Shown here one piece after another: positions 48,484 to 60,320 of a stretch of DNA of 64,000 bases. The translations under genes and the position numbers were made by a program. Every line of letters begins with the position of its first letter. The stretch's first letter is position 1. This DNA comes from Mustelus asterias. Lineage: Eukaryota. The DNA is taken from positions 46,128,001 to 46,192,000 of the forward strand of contig NC_135820.1 in assembly GCF_964213995.1 (NCBI RefSeq). The letters run 5' to 3'. The notes under the pieces are model-generated. The model was given only the letters and a program-made list of their open reading frames with translations, made no database searches and was not told the origin of the DNA.

Positions 48484-50268
48484 CAGCATGACAGATTTAA
48501 ATATCAGTTTACAATTTGATTATGCATATTCATTATTAGAATGCAAAGCTACTAATGCAATGACCTTAATTTCCTACAATGTATGTTTTGCATAGAGCAA
48601 GTGCTTGAATGTAGAAGTTGCCCTTTGTAAAATTGAGTTTTTTTGCCATCCATGTACTGAGAGTCTGACACCTGAGTGAATGTTGCATGTCTGGTAGGAG
48701 ATTGGTAATAGTGCCTTCACTTATTTTGTCCTTTGTGTGGCCATTGATCCTCTTTTGCACTGTTACCTCCTGAGGTGGTGCAGTTTGCATTACTTTTATC
48801 ACTTGCCAGAAGGCTACACTCTCTTCACAGGATCATATCATTCAGCCCAGAAGGATGCCTTCCAGTCCATTGTGCCTGAATTGATGCTTTGACGCACTAA
48901 CAGTAGTCCCACTTTCCAACTCTTTGTCCATATCCTTGCTGGTGTTCCCCTTACCCAATCCCCTTTTGAAGGTTACAATTTAATCTATTTCTTCCTTCAA
49001 CTTTTCAGCAAGTGCATTCCAGATTTTAACAACTTGCTGCATAACAGAAGTTTTCCTCATTTCCCTTCTTGTTCTTATGAAAGTAATCTGCCACTCCTGG
49101 CCCTCACTTGCTTCCAATATTTACAGAGACATAGCTGAGAACCTGCGCACCTTGCAGATGATGACTACTCAAGTACCCTGCCCTTGAGAATGAGGATGCC
49201 GTTGCTTCAGACAGTTTCCTTATCCTCCTTCCTGCCTCTCAGAACTCTCTCTCTCTCTTTCTCCTAGCAACAGTAAACCCGTTAGGTGAAGCATTATTGT
49301 TCTAAGCCCCAGGAGGAAATTGCAGCAGGTTAGGAGAGGATTGACACGCTGTTTCTAACTCACCAATGCCAGAAAAATTCAGCTCAATATCTTTATTTAT
49401 TATCATTGCAATCTTAGGTTAATATCGTAGAATAATTAATCAAGTTGTCCAAAATGAAATTGTCTGAGTTCCCAGTAGTGTTCATAGAATGACACTAGTA
49501 GGAATAGAATAAATAATTTTGTACTGTAATAAACTTGTTTATTTTCCCAAGATTATCTTCTTCAACTCCATATATCAGCTAAGGAAATTAAATCACAAAT
49601 TGAGTTTACAATGAAGCAATGAATAAATAAATGGCTTTTAACCTCGATGGTGAATGTCATCGAAGTAAAGTTGCTGTATAATCACAGTAATAATAGCTCC
49701 TGCAGCCAGATATAATGTATGGCAGCGGTTACCACAAAGAGATTTTAGATGTGAAAGAGGCAGTGTAGCTTCAGTCTCTGATACCAATCTTGATATCTAA
49801 GTGTGATATGCCAAGTTATGCAAACTATCACAATCTACACCCCTCCAAGGGCATCTCACAGGAGAGTGATTACACACCAGGTGCAGTGTAACAATAATGA
49901 AGTGTAACACTGTACTTTAAATTTTGAATGGGATGCTTTTTAGCGTTTCATGGGACTAATCGCTTTAGCCTTCACTCTCCTCACCTCAAAAGATGCGGTG
50001 CAAGGAAAAATGGCCTCTCCATGCATCTCAGCATATGCTTGTGGATGACCCTGCTGTAATGTGATATGCAATTTGACCAAAGTGTTTGGTTAGAAATTTA
50101 AGGAATAGTGTAAACTTAAAGCATGCCTTGAAGAATTCATGGAATGCTGGTGTTGTGAGAAGCTTTGACAAGTTTTAGAGAACAAAAACTTGAAATAAGT
50201 TTAAATGTTTAAAATGCTTCTGTTCTTGGTCGTCATTTATTAGCACAACTGATGGTGGAACTCCAGTC

Positions 50269-51025
50269 CAGTGGTTTTCAACTGGTGTGCCGCGGCACAC
50301 TGATGTGCCGTGAGAACTGCTCAAGTGTGCCGTGAAATTTTGTACAAAGGTAATGAAAATCTATGTGAAACAAACATGTTGTTTCAGCTTAAACAATATT
50401 CAATCCAACCAAAATTACAATTCATAAAATTAATCACAAAATACTTTAAATGTGAGGTATCGATCTTTCAGTTCTAAAACATGAAACATGGGCAAAGGGT
50501 GAAATTAAGATGACGTGATTATTTTTATTAGTCGCCATAGAAACCGAGCAATGGCATCACACACTTTTCTAGCGATAATGAAACAAGACAAAACAAGTTA
50601 GCAGCAGTGAAATTCACCATATCCACATTTCTTTGCTGAATCTATTTTATACACCTTGATCAAAGAAGAAATCGATAAGTTTAATTCCTCCACTTATTCA
50701 ATTCATAAGTGAAAAGGTAAAATTCAGATGCCTAACTAAGTGCTGTGTGTAGACCAGGGCTATGAATAGTTAGATGTAGCTGAGTTGAGCAGATTTTGAA
50801 AATGCATGTGCTCTCTGTTGAAGACAGTGTATTCTGTGGTAGATTTGAATCATCTGATCCTTCCTTAGCTTGTTGCAAACCTCTCTAGTAAGACCATAAC
50901 CATAGTGAATGTCAGTAAATGCGACATTTACGAGCAATCAATTCAGCTTAAAAAAGTGGGTGTAGCCGTGGAATTGTTTGCCACATTGAAGTGTGCCATG
51001 TTTCTGAAAAGGTTGGGAACCACTG
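50269..51025. mobile_element. hAT/Charlie-type non-autonomous DNA transposon
   Basis: TIRs CAGTGGTTTTCAAC / GTTGGGAACCACTG, subterminal GTGTGCC repeats, 8-bp flanks CTCCAGTC/CTCTAGCC (6/8; NTCTAGAN-like). Confidence 0.8.
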
Positions 51026-51084
51026 CTCTAGCCTACTCGCAGAGCACCGTACTTCACAGATCTGAAACCAATACCAATACCAAT

Positions 51085-51549
51085 GCCAGGATGTTGCCTG
51101 CTTTGGAGGGCATTATCTATGAGGAGAGGTTGGAGAAACTTGGTTTGTTCTCACTGGAACGATGGAGGTGCGACCTGATAGAAGTCTACAAGATCATGAG
51201 GGGAATGGACAGAGTGGATAGTCAGAAGCTTTTTCCCAGGGTGGAAGAGTCAATTACTAGGTTGCATAGGTTTAAGTTCCGAGGGGCAAGATTTGGAGAT
51301 GTATGAGGCAAGTTTTTTACACAGAGAGTGGTGGGTGCCTGGAACTCGCTGCCGGGGGAGTTGTGGAAGCAGATACGACAGTGACTTTTAAGGGGCATCT
51401 TGACAAATACATGAATAGGATGGGAATAGAGGGATATGGTCCCCGAAGGGATAGGGGGTTTTAGTTCAGTCGGGTAGCCTGGTCAGTGCAGGCTTTTGGA
51501 GAGCCGAAAGGCCTGTTTCTGTGCTGTAATTTTCTTTGCTCTTTGTTCA
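51085..51549 (+). mobile_element. CR1 3' fragment
   Basis: RMLPALEGIIYEERLEKLGLFSLE..., CR1 3'UTR, TTCTTTG tail. Confidence 0.85.
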
Positions 51550-52108
51550 AAGTAAACAGCAACCTGAGCTGCATCTGAGATAAAAATGAACAAGATTGCA
51601 TTCAGGTGAAATCAAAGATAATGAGAGAAATGTCAAAGCAAGATCAGTTGCCACATTGTATAAAAGTGAAATTGGCATTTTCTGATAATCTTCTAAATTC
51701 TTGGAAATTTACAGGTCACATTGGTGCTGAAAGATTTCTCCAGCAAATCCCAATCTTCTGCCTCTTCCGTAGCCTTTTAAAATGTTTTGTGTCAAATATT
51801 TATTCCTTTCCTTTATAAAAGTTATTCTGGATTCTGCTACCACTACCACCGCCCCCCCACCCCTGCCACCGCACCCCCTTACCCCCTCTTCTCATTTCTA
51901 GTTGAGTGTTCCATATCCTAAACATCCTAAAAACCGTCTTCCTATTTCTCTCTTTGTGTTTCTGGTGGTAAATATATGCTATGCTGATAACAATCAAGTA
52001 GTAGAAAATAGTTTCCAAACATCAACTGCACCCAACACCCAATTTACTTTATCACAAGCCCCCTCAGAGTTTTGAATTTCAAAGTCTATTCTCTCTGTTA
52101 ATATTCTG

Positions 52109-52437
52109 TGATGTGGAGTTGCCAGCGTTGGACCAAGGTGGACCTGGGTTAAACCTGTTGGGCTTTAACCCGGTGTTGTGAGACTTCTTAGTGTGCCCAC
52201 CCCAGTCAAACGCATCTCCACATCATGGCTACCATCGACATCGCAAACCGCCGCCTCAAAGTGGAGAGGATCTCCAAGAAGATCATGCATATTGACACAG
52301 ACATCAAACTTCTACAAAAATGCAAGAAAGCAGACAAGATCTATTTATTTGACTCACCTGATGTAGGAGCAGTGCTCCGAAAACTCGTGATTCCAAATAA
52401 ACCTGTTGGACTTTAACCTAGTGTTGTGAGATTTCTT
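52109..52437. mobile_element. Rearranged mini Penelope-like element with ORF N-terminus and decayed hammerhead
   Basis: Termini as at 57041. MATIDIANRRLKVERISKKIMHIDTDIKLLQKCKKADKI follows the repeat. ~15-bp TSD-like flanks TTAATATT(C/A)T(G/A)TGAT. Confidence 0.7.
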
Positions 52438-53035
52438 AATATTATATGATTTCACTGTCCTGACTTTTATGACCACTTTTTATTACAGCATGTTCCAAAA
52501 ATAGTCAATGTCCTAAACGTTTCTTCCTTCAATTCCTCAATTGCCAACATGTGTTTAATTTGCATTAGTGCTTTATAATCTAATCTCCTTCAGTATCCTT
52601 AGAGTCATTAGATATTTCAGGTTCTTGAATTTTCACACTTTGGTATTTGTTAAATGTTACCCCATTTTCAAATGTATCACATTCCAATCTTACCAAACCA
52701 GGAAACTGTTAAAACATTAGGAGGTGTTAGTCTCTTCCCCAGCCCGCTACAAGTATCATTGAATAACAATGAACAGTTTTGTTTTTTCAATACACCATCC
52801 ATCACAATAGAGGGTAGTGCTGAGCCCACTTTGAGACTTTAGCAACACCAGGAGAAAGACTGAGAACAAATGCTTAACTATTGTCTTAGCATGCTAACAT
52901 ACTGTGTCACTGTGCCACATAGTTCTTGACATCTGAACAATTTCTTACAATCCCCGAACACACTGGTCTATTCATTTGTCTTTTGAGTCAGCATGTTGTG
53001 TATCGAAGGCACATAATCTAACCTGGCAATCTTGA

Positions 53036-53360
53036 AGGGGTGGCACAGTGGTTAGCACTGCTGCCCCACAGTGCCAGGGACCCGTGTTCAATTCCGGCCT
53101 CAGGTCACTGTCTACGTGGAGTTTGCACGTTCTCCCCGTGTCTTTGTGGGTTTCCTCCAGGTGCTCCAGTTTCCTCCCACAATCCAAAGATGTGCAAGGT
53201 TAGGTGTATTGGCCATGCTAAATTGCCCCTCAGTGTCAAGGGGACTAGCAGGGTAAATATGGGAGGGTTACAGGGGTAGGGGCTAGATGGGATTGTTGTT
53301 GGTGCAGGCTCGATGGGCCGACTGGCCTGATTCTGCACTGTAGGGATTCTGTGAATCTTC
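53036..53360 (+). mobile_element. HE1-like SINE (another 3' half at ~53762-53969; DeuSINE remnant at ~53450-53680)
   Basis: A/B boxes and CR1-type tail. Confidence 0.85.
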
Positions 53361-54739
53361 TAGATATATATTGTTGAAGCTACGAGCCTTTAGGTGTGAT
53401 GTTGACATGCTTTCTGGCCAATCTGGTGACTCCAGAAGTTGCAATTTGTGTGGCGCTTCTTGAAGATAAAGCATGAGTTTCTCCAGCTGTCCTGGCCAAC
53501 ATTCTTTCCACAACCATTAGCAGCAAAAGCAGATGAATTGCCTCACTTAGCTCATCATTTAGTGGGGTCTTGCCATGTGCTTGAATGGTTGCTGCAATTT
53601 CCATTATAGCAATAAACTTAAAAACAATTCATTGCGTGGTTTGTGCCTCGAGAAATTTCAATAGAAATCCAATATTCCCTTTTGTAAAAGAAAGGTCACA
53701 ATATTGATTGGATGAAAAAATAAACTGAGCAACTTTGCATAATTTAATCATAAATTCCAAACGCGTGCAGGTTAGGTGGCTTGGCCATGCTAAATTGCCC
53801 CTTTAATGTCCCAAGATGTATAGGCTAGGGGGATTAGCCATGCTAAATGTGTGGAGTTACAGGAATATGGCTGGGGTTGGGCCTGAGAAAGATGCTCTGT
53901 CAGAGAGGCGGTGCAGACTCAATGGGCCGAATGGCCTCTTTCAGCACTGTAGGGATTCGATGATTCTATAAATGCTTAAGGGGAATAATATTATCACTTA
54001 TTTTTCTGACTTCGGTCAAAAACCTTTTGAAGTTAAGTTGTGAGTTTATTGAACTTATTTTATCTATGCTCTTCTTTCACTCTAATCATGTTATATTGTG
54101 GTTAAATATTCGCTTACTCAGCGTCCAAATATATCATTTATACAATCCACTCATTGATAAAATAATGGAAAATAGTTCACAGCCTAGATGGACTGCAATA
54201 GCTTATGGAGCAGTCAAACTAAATAGCGGTCAGCAGAGGTTCCCCCTCCCTTTTATCAATATTACTGTTCTTGGTGAAAGGTTAATTGGATGTGTATTGA
54301 TTTGTTTTCTGAAACACATGTACATGATTTCTCATATGTGAAAATTGATCTTTTTTTCGGTTTTCCTGCATTTTCCTTTGCATTTTTGGAGAGATTACAG
54401 CCAGTGCAGTTTGACATAAATTGTTTCTCAGCATCAATCTATTTTTCTCAAATCAGGAGAACACATACGCCTCACACATATAAGCAAATTATTCAACACG
54501 ATTTTCTGAAAATGTATGAAAGGGATATAAAATTCAATGACTCTTAGTGATACAATGTGGCGATCTTACCAGAATTTGGCAAAGTGTCAGGACCTGACTG
54601 AAACCCGGGGTATTGGCCGGTTTTCTCTTTAGACCTGCTGACACTGCCAAAAAAAACAGGTGGGTGTATTTCACACCATCATGTTGAGAGGTGGGACCTA
54701 AACGCCCTTACCCTGCCAAAAATAGCCATCGTCGGCATT

Positions 54740-54982
54740 CCCGACAATAATCTCTTCCTGAATGCCAGTAAAATGAAGGAGATATTCATTGACTTCAGGA
54801 AGCGTAGCGGAGGACATGTCGCTGTCTGCATCAATGGTGGTGTAATGGAAATGGCCGAGAGCTTCGGGTTTCTAGGTGTCCAGATCACCAACAACCTGTC
54901 TTGGTCCCTTCATGCTGGCACTATAGTTAAGAAAGCCCACCAATGCCTCTACATTCTCAGGAGGCTAAGGAAATTTGGGACT
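54740..54982 (+). pseudogene. Rex1/Babar-type LINE fragment (RT C-terminus)
   Basis: NASKMKEIFIDFRK..FGFLGVQITNNLSWS..KKAHQCLYILRRLRKFG. Confidence 0.8.
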
Positions 54983-56224
54983 ATCCCTGGCACAAGTTGA
55001 CACTGCCAGGTTTGCATTGCGAGGTTTGCACTGCCTTCCGTACCGGAGGTAATGCCAAGAAACATTGCCAGGCCACTGCCTGGCCATGTCCCTCTCTCCC
55101 GGGGCCATGCTCACCTTTAAGTCCCTGGGTGGATCCCCAGAACAGGTTCACGTCTAGTGGGGGAATATATGGCAAAGGAGATGTTGGACGTGAACTTAAT
55201 TACACTGCCAGCGAGGGGTGGCAAAGGAGGAGTGGCAAAAATCGGAGATCGCGATCTAGTCAGTGAAATTAGTGATTTCTGTGTTTGCTGGATCTTGAGC
55301 CCCTGCCATCATTTCCGTGGATGGAGAGTGAGCTCAAGATCCTGCCCTATGTATAGAGTATTTTTAAATGAGTATGGATGGGATTTTATGGCCTTGCTTG
55401 TCCCAAAACTGTAAAATCCCGCCCAAGGTCAACGAACCTTTCCATGGTCCACCCCTCACCCGCTCTGAATCCCGTGGTGAGTGGCATGCTAAAATTCCGG
55501 CCATTGCTTCCAAAATGCAGCTTCACAATGCTTATTTTCCACACAGAATGTTCACCATTTTGGGACCATTTCATAGTTTACCACTGGTTCAGAGATGGGC
55601 TAACTGCAACATCATTAAATTACCATTAGTTTTATCCATTAAATGTCTGGTTGATTGCAAACGAATGTACAAATAATCATCTGCCCATGTTGACTGAATA
55701 GATTCAAGTTACTGAGGGACTGGATTGTGGTACCATAAACTTATGGCTTTGTCACCCCTTGGGGAAGTTTGGGTGTGTAAGACAAAATATAGAAGGCTTT
55801 GTAGAGGCAGACAGGAGGCGAAGTGTTTTTAAGGTTGCTGATTTGCACCAATGTGATGGATTGAAACTCATCTTGTGTACCGGGAGCTGTGATGAGGAGG
55901 AAGGAAGAGGGAACCTGCAAGTTGGGCTTCCTGCGTGTTCTGTAGTTTTTATGTGTGTGATGTCACCAACTGATTCCCTTTGCAGTTCCCTGATTGACAG
56001 GCTTGACTTCCAATCAAGTGGGAGCGTTTGGGCGGAGGCCACAGTACAAGGTAGGTCTGCCTCCTTGGCGGTGGTGAGGATTTGATATCTGAGGGTGGGG
56101 GGAGGGGTTGCTGGACCCCAAGGTGGTGACCAATCCCCGGGGCCATGGTCAGATTCTCGGGCCTGCAGGGATATCACGTACAATCTGTCTTTGTCCCCCC
56201 CATGCCGGCATAATAGAAAGGAAA

Positions 56225-56779
56225 GCCCTCTACTTTCTCAGGAGACAAGGAAATTCGGCATGTCCACTATGACTCTTACCAATTTTTACAAATGTACCAT
56301 AGAAAGCATACTTTCCGGATACATCACAGCGTGGCATGGCTCCTGCACTAACCAAGACAGCAAGAAACTACAAAGGATTGTGAACATAGCCCAATCCATC
56401 ATGCAAACCAGCCTCCCATCCAGTGACTCTGACTACACTTCCTGCTGCCTTGGAAAAGCAGGCAGCACAATCAAAGACCCCACGCATTCCAGATGTACTC
56501 TCTTCAACCTTCTTCTGTTGGGAAAAAGATACAGCAATCTGAGAACGCGTACCAACCGACTCAAGAACAGCTTCTTCCCTACTGCCATCAGGCTTTTGAA
56601 TGGACCTATCATATATTAAGCTGATCATTTTCTTTATCCTATCTGTAATTGCAAAACTATATTCTGTACTTTCCTTCTCCACTATGTACTCTATGAATTT
56701 GTCTGTATGGTACGCAAGAAACAATACTTTTCACTGAATCCCAATACATGCGACAATAATAAATCAAATCAAATCAAAT
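56225..56779 (+). mobile_element. Rex1/Babar-type LINE 3' end
   Basis: LTNFYKCTIESILSGYITAW..LQRIV..DPTH..RTRTNRLKNSFFPTAIRLLN*; (AAATC)n tail at 56761-56779. Confidence 0.85.
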
Positions 56780-57133
56780 TTTGTAAATGCAAATACTACT
56801 GCCACTGTTTGTCCATCATAAAAGGATTGAATGTTTGTGGAAGGGGTAACAATCAAGCGGGCTGCTTTGTCTTGGATGGTGTCAAGCTTCTTGAGTGTTG
56901 TTGGAGCTGCACTCATCCAGGAAGTGGGGAGTATTCCATCACACTGCTGATCTGTGCCTTGTAGATAGCAGACAGGCTTTGGTGAGTCAGGAGGTGAGTC
57001 ACTCATCCCAGAATTCCCAGCCTCTGACCTGTTCTTATATATGATGTGGAGATGCTGGCATTGGACTGGGGTAAACAGTAAGAGTTTTAACAACACCAGG
57101 TTAAAGTCCAACAGGTTTATTTGGTAGCAAATG

Positions 57134-57170
57134 CCATTAGCTTTCGGAGCGCTGCTCCTTCGTCAGATGG
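57134..57170 (-). ncRNA. Minimal type I hammerhead ribozyme motif (Penelope-associated)
   Basis: CCAU-CUGACGA-A-GGAGC(AGC)GCUCC-GAA-AGCU-A-AUGG: intact core, stems I and II pair, palindromic AGCU stem III. Confidence 0.8.
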
Positions 57171-58007
57171 AGTGGAAATCTGCTCTCAAACAGGGCACAG
57201 AGACACAAAATCAAGTTACAGAATACTGATTAGAATGCGAATCTCTACAGCCAACCAGGTCTTAAAGATACAGACAATGTGAGTGGAGGGAGCATTAAGC
57301 ACATGTTAAAGAGATGTGTATTGTCTCCAGACAGGACAACCAGTGAGATTCTGCAAGTCCAGGAGGCAAGCTGTGGGGGCTACTGATAGTGTGACATAAA
57401 CCCAAGATCCCGGTTTAGGCCGTCCTCATGTGTGCGGAACTTGGCTATCAGTTTCTGCTCAGCGACTCTGCGCTGTCGTGTGTCGTGAAGGCCGCCTTGG
57501 AGAACGCCCACCCGAAGATCAGAGGCTGAATGCCCATGACCACTGAAGCGCTCCAGGAAGACAGTCCTGCCCGGTGACTGTTGAGTGGCGTTCATTCATC
57601 CATTGTCGTAGCGTCTGCATGGTTTTCCCAATGTACCATGCCTCGGGACATCCCTTCCTGCAGCATATCAGGTAGACAACGTTGGCCGAGTTGCAAGAGT
57701 AGGTACTGTGTACCTGGTAGATGGTGTTCTCATGTGAGATGATGGCATCCGTGTTGATGATCCGGCACGTCTTGCAGAGGTTGCTGTGGCAGGGTTGTGT
57801 GGTGTCATGGTCACTGTTCTCCTGAAGGCTGGGCAGTTCGCCACGGACAATGGCCTGCTCGAGGCCGTGCGGCTGTTTGAAGGCAAGAAGCAGGGGTGTG
57901 GGGATGGCCTTGGCGAGATGCTGTTGGCTGTAGAGATTCGCATTCTAATCAGTATTCTGTAACTTGATTTTGTGTCTCTGTGCCCTGTTTGAGAGCACAT
58001 TTCCACT

Positions 58008-58044
58008 CCATCTGACGAAGGAGCAGCACTCCGAAAGCTAATGG
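58008..58044 (+). ncRNA. Minimal type I hammerhead ribozyme motif, inverted copy
   Basis: CCAU-CUGACGA-A-GGAG(CAGCA)CUCC-GAA-AGCU-A-AUGG. Confidence 0.78.
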
Positions 58045-58289
58045 CATTTGCTACCAAATTAACCTGGTGTTGTTAAAACTCTTACTGTTCTTATATCCAC
58101 AGTATTTATATTGCTAGTCCAGTTCAGTTTCTGATCAATGGTAACCCTCAGAATTTTGATAATGGAAAATTCAGTGATGGTAATGCCATTACCTATTAGG
58201 GAGAGAAATATGTTGGCTCTATTCTCTCGCCACAGATGCTGTCAGACCTGCTGAGATTTTCCAGCATTTTCTGTTTTTGTTTCATTCGT

Positions 58290-59665
58290 TTACAATACAT
58301 AACATCCCTCCCCCTTTACTTTCATAGCACGACAACAAACTTTAAACGTTAAACATTGACATTTACCCACTATAAACGTAAGTTACATTACCGAGTATTA
58401 TTGGGCTGGACTCTCCTACTTTGCCCAATACCAAGATTCTCCTATCCCGCTGCAGTGAATGGAGAATTGGCTGAGTGCCAAAGAGGTGATGGGGCATGAA
58501 CGGCCAGAGAATTTGTACAGCTAATACGAGAGTACTTTTGGTGAGTGTTGATTTCATTTTGGTAAGATACAACATTCTGGAGTCTTACTTTCAATATCTT
58601 CACTAGTCTGTTTCACTAATATTAGGTACTTCACCTTGTGAAGTTGCTTCCTTGTCAGCTTCCATGATGTGTGTTGTTTGGAGTAGAACCTGAAGTCAGT
58701 TCTGAAGTAATCAGTGGTTCAGGAATTTCACAACCTAGTGTGGCTGACATAAACCTTTCAGATACAGACTCCGCTAATTCACTCTTTGAAGCGAGGATTT
58801 ATCTGTGTATCTCCTTCAAATTTTCTCGCCATCAAGATATATGGTATACAAAATCAGATCTGATTTAGTTAGAATGGTTGCAGATACACTCTTCTCACTT
58901 GTAGAGTAATTTCTTGCTAAAACCCTTTTTCCAAGTTTAAAACTATTCTGTTTCGATCTTTATTCATGATGGGTGATTTGTACTTGTTGTTGTCACTCTA
59001 CTTTTGGAGTAGTATCAGGTGGTGTGAGCAAATCAAATTTGGTTCTCAGTTTCCTTCTCAAGAACAACATTACCAATGCATTTTGTGTTGTTGTGTGAGC
59101 AGTGTTACGATAGGATAGGAGAAAGTTGTTTACTCCCCAGATAACGAAACTTCATCCTTTGATGCTTCAATGGCATGTGGCTTTTCTTGCCACAGCTTCT
59201 ATATTTATCTTCTCTGCTCCAATGTTCATGTAGAGGTTGCACACCTATGGCATGCTTGCATTTTAAGAGATTATGTTCATCAGTCCCCATTTTGTGTATT
59301 TTGGCTCCGGCTCCAATTTGGGAAGTGTTTGCGGCCAATTCCATGGATACTGTCATCAATGGCAAGTTTTAGTGTTAAAGAACTTTTGGTGAGCAATCGT
59401 TTTTAATTGCTTCATTTCGACGTCCACAAACAAATCTGTCTTTGAGGGTCACGCCAAGTTCACGATTCTTTGCTAATCTTCTTAACGTTGCTCCAAATTG
59501 CGATATATTTTTGCCGCCTTCCTGCCTCCGCCGATGGAATCTGAATCTCTCAGCATTTATTAGTGGTTTACGTGAGAAGTGATTTTCGAGAATCTTGGTC
59601 AGTTCCTCGTAGATTTTTCCACCATACTTCTCAGGATGGACAAAACTCCATAGTGGTGTAAAGTC
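58290..59665 (-). mobile_element. Internally deleted Gypsy element (gag joined to integrase tail; PPT and LTR start)
   Basis: Minus strand ERFRFHRRRQE..TLKDRFVCG..IKKRLL (gag), SYRNTAHTTT...RKLRTKFDLL (IN tail), AAAGGGGGAGGGA followed by TGTTATGT at ~58304. Confidence 0.7.
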
Positions 59666-60229
59666 CCTGAGTGGGGCGAGGTTATTTTTTTGTTCTGGTT
59701 GGGGCGCCCTTTAGAAATGGTGCCTTGATCTCAGTGCAGCCAGCTTTGTCAATGCATTTAGGCCCTGCCCTTCAACATGATGGCATGAAAGAAGCCCACC
59801 TGTTTTTTTTTGACATACGCCGGAACTCTGCTACCTCACCCACCACAGAATCAGAGAGGACGAGGCGTGGACAATGGAAATGTCCATTGACGTCAGGCAG
59901 GAATTTCTGGTCTCGCTCAAGCAAGGCCATAAAATCCCACACAGAGTGTCAGAAGGTCTGGACAGAAAATTGGCCTGTTTCTCTTGAATGCATGCCCCAG
60001 TTTTCAGTCAGACCGACATTTTGGTAAGTAAGCTCTGTAAGATCACCACCACCATGCGCAAGAGATTCAGTCGAAAATATATTCGTGACATGATGTCTTA
60101 TATAGGAAATAAATCAAGTAAACATTTTCAGAGCATTCAACAACTGCTCACTGGATTCAAATCTAAGAAGGTAAATCTGCACAAACAAATCATTCCAAGT
60201 GGATATATAAATTAAGTGTTCACACTTAC

Positions 60230-60265
60230 CCTTATGCCATTTGGTGCTGTTTTATTAATCAGAAG
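60230..60265 (-). CDS. Candidate 36-nt phase-0 exon (LLINKTAPNGIR) of an unidentified host gene
   Basis: Acceptor TTCTTTTTATCAG, donor AGG|GTAAGT; only one of three frames is open; non-repetitive context. Confidence 0.35.
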
Positions 60266-60320
60266 CTGATAAAAAGAATTTGATAGATGCGACAGGATAA
60301 ATAGATTCAGTCAAATGATG

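Larger units (their letters stand above)
57041..58084 (-). mobile_element. 5'-truncated Penelope-like retroelement with GIY-YIG endonuclease remnant and inverted terminal repeats
   Basis: Minus strand CKTCRII...YSCNSANVVYLICCRKGCPEAWYIGKT...RRVAEQKLIAKFRTHEDGLNRDLG. Inverted arms ~57075-57255 and ~57923-58089. 12-bp TSD CTGTTCTTATAT at 57029-40 and 58085-96. Confidence 0.9.

Noticed and set aside
55759-56085. 108-aa ORF faintly like a Gypsy gag N-terminus
   Set aside because: Too few diagnostic residues to support a call.
60042-60170. Plus-strand 129-nt open segment between AG and GT
   Set aside because: Weak polypyrimidine tract, unrecognised peptide and no partner exons.
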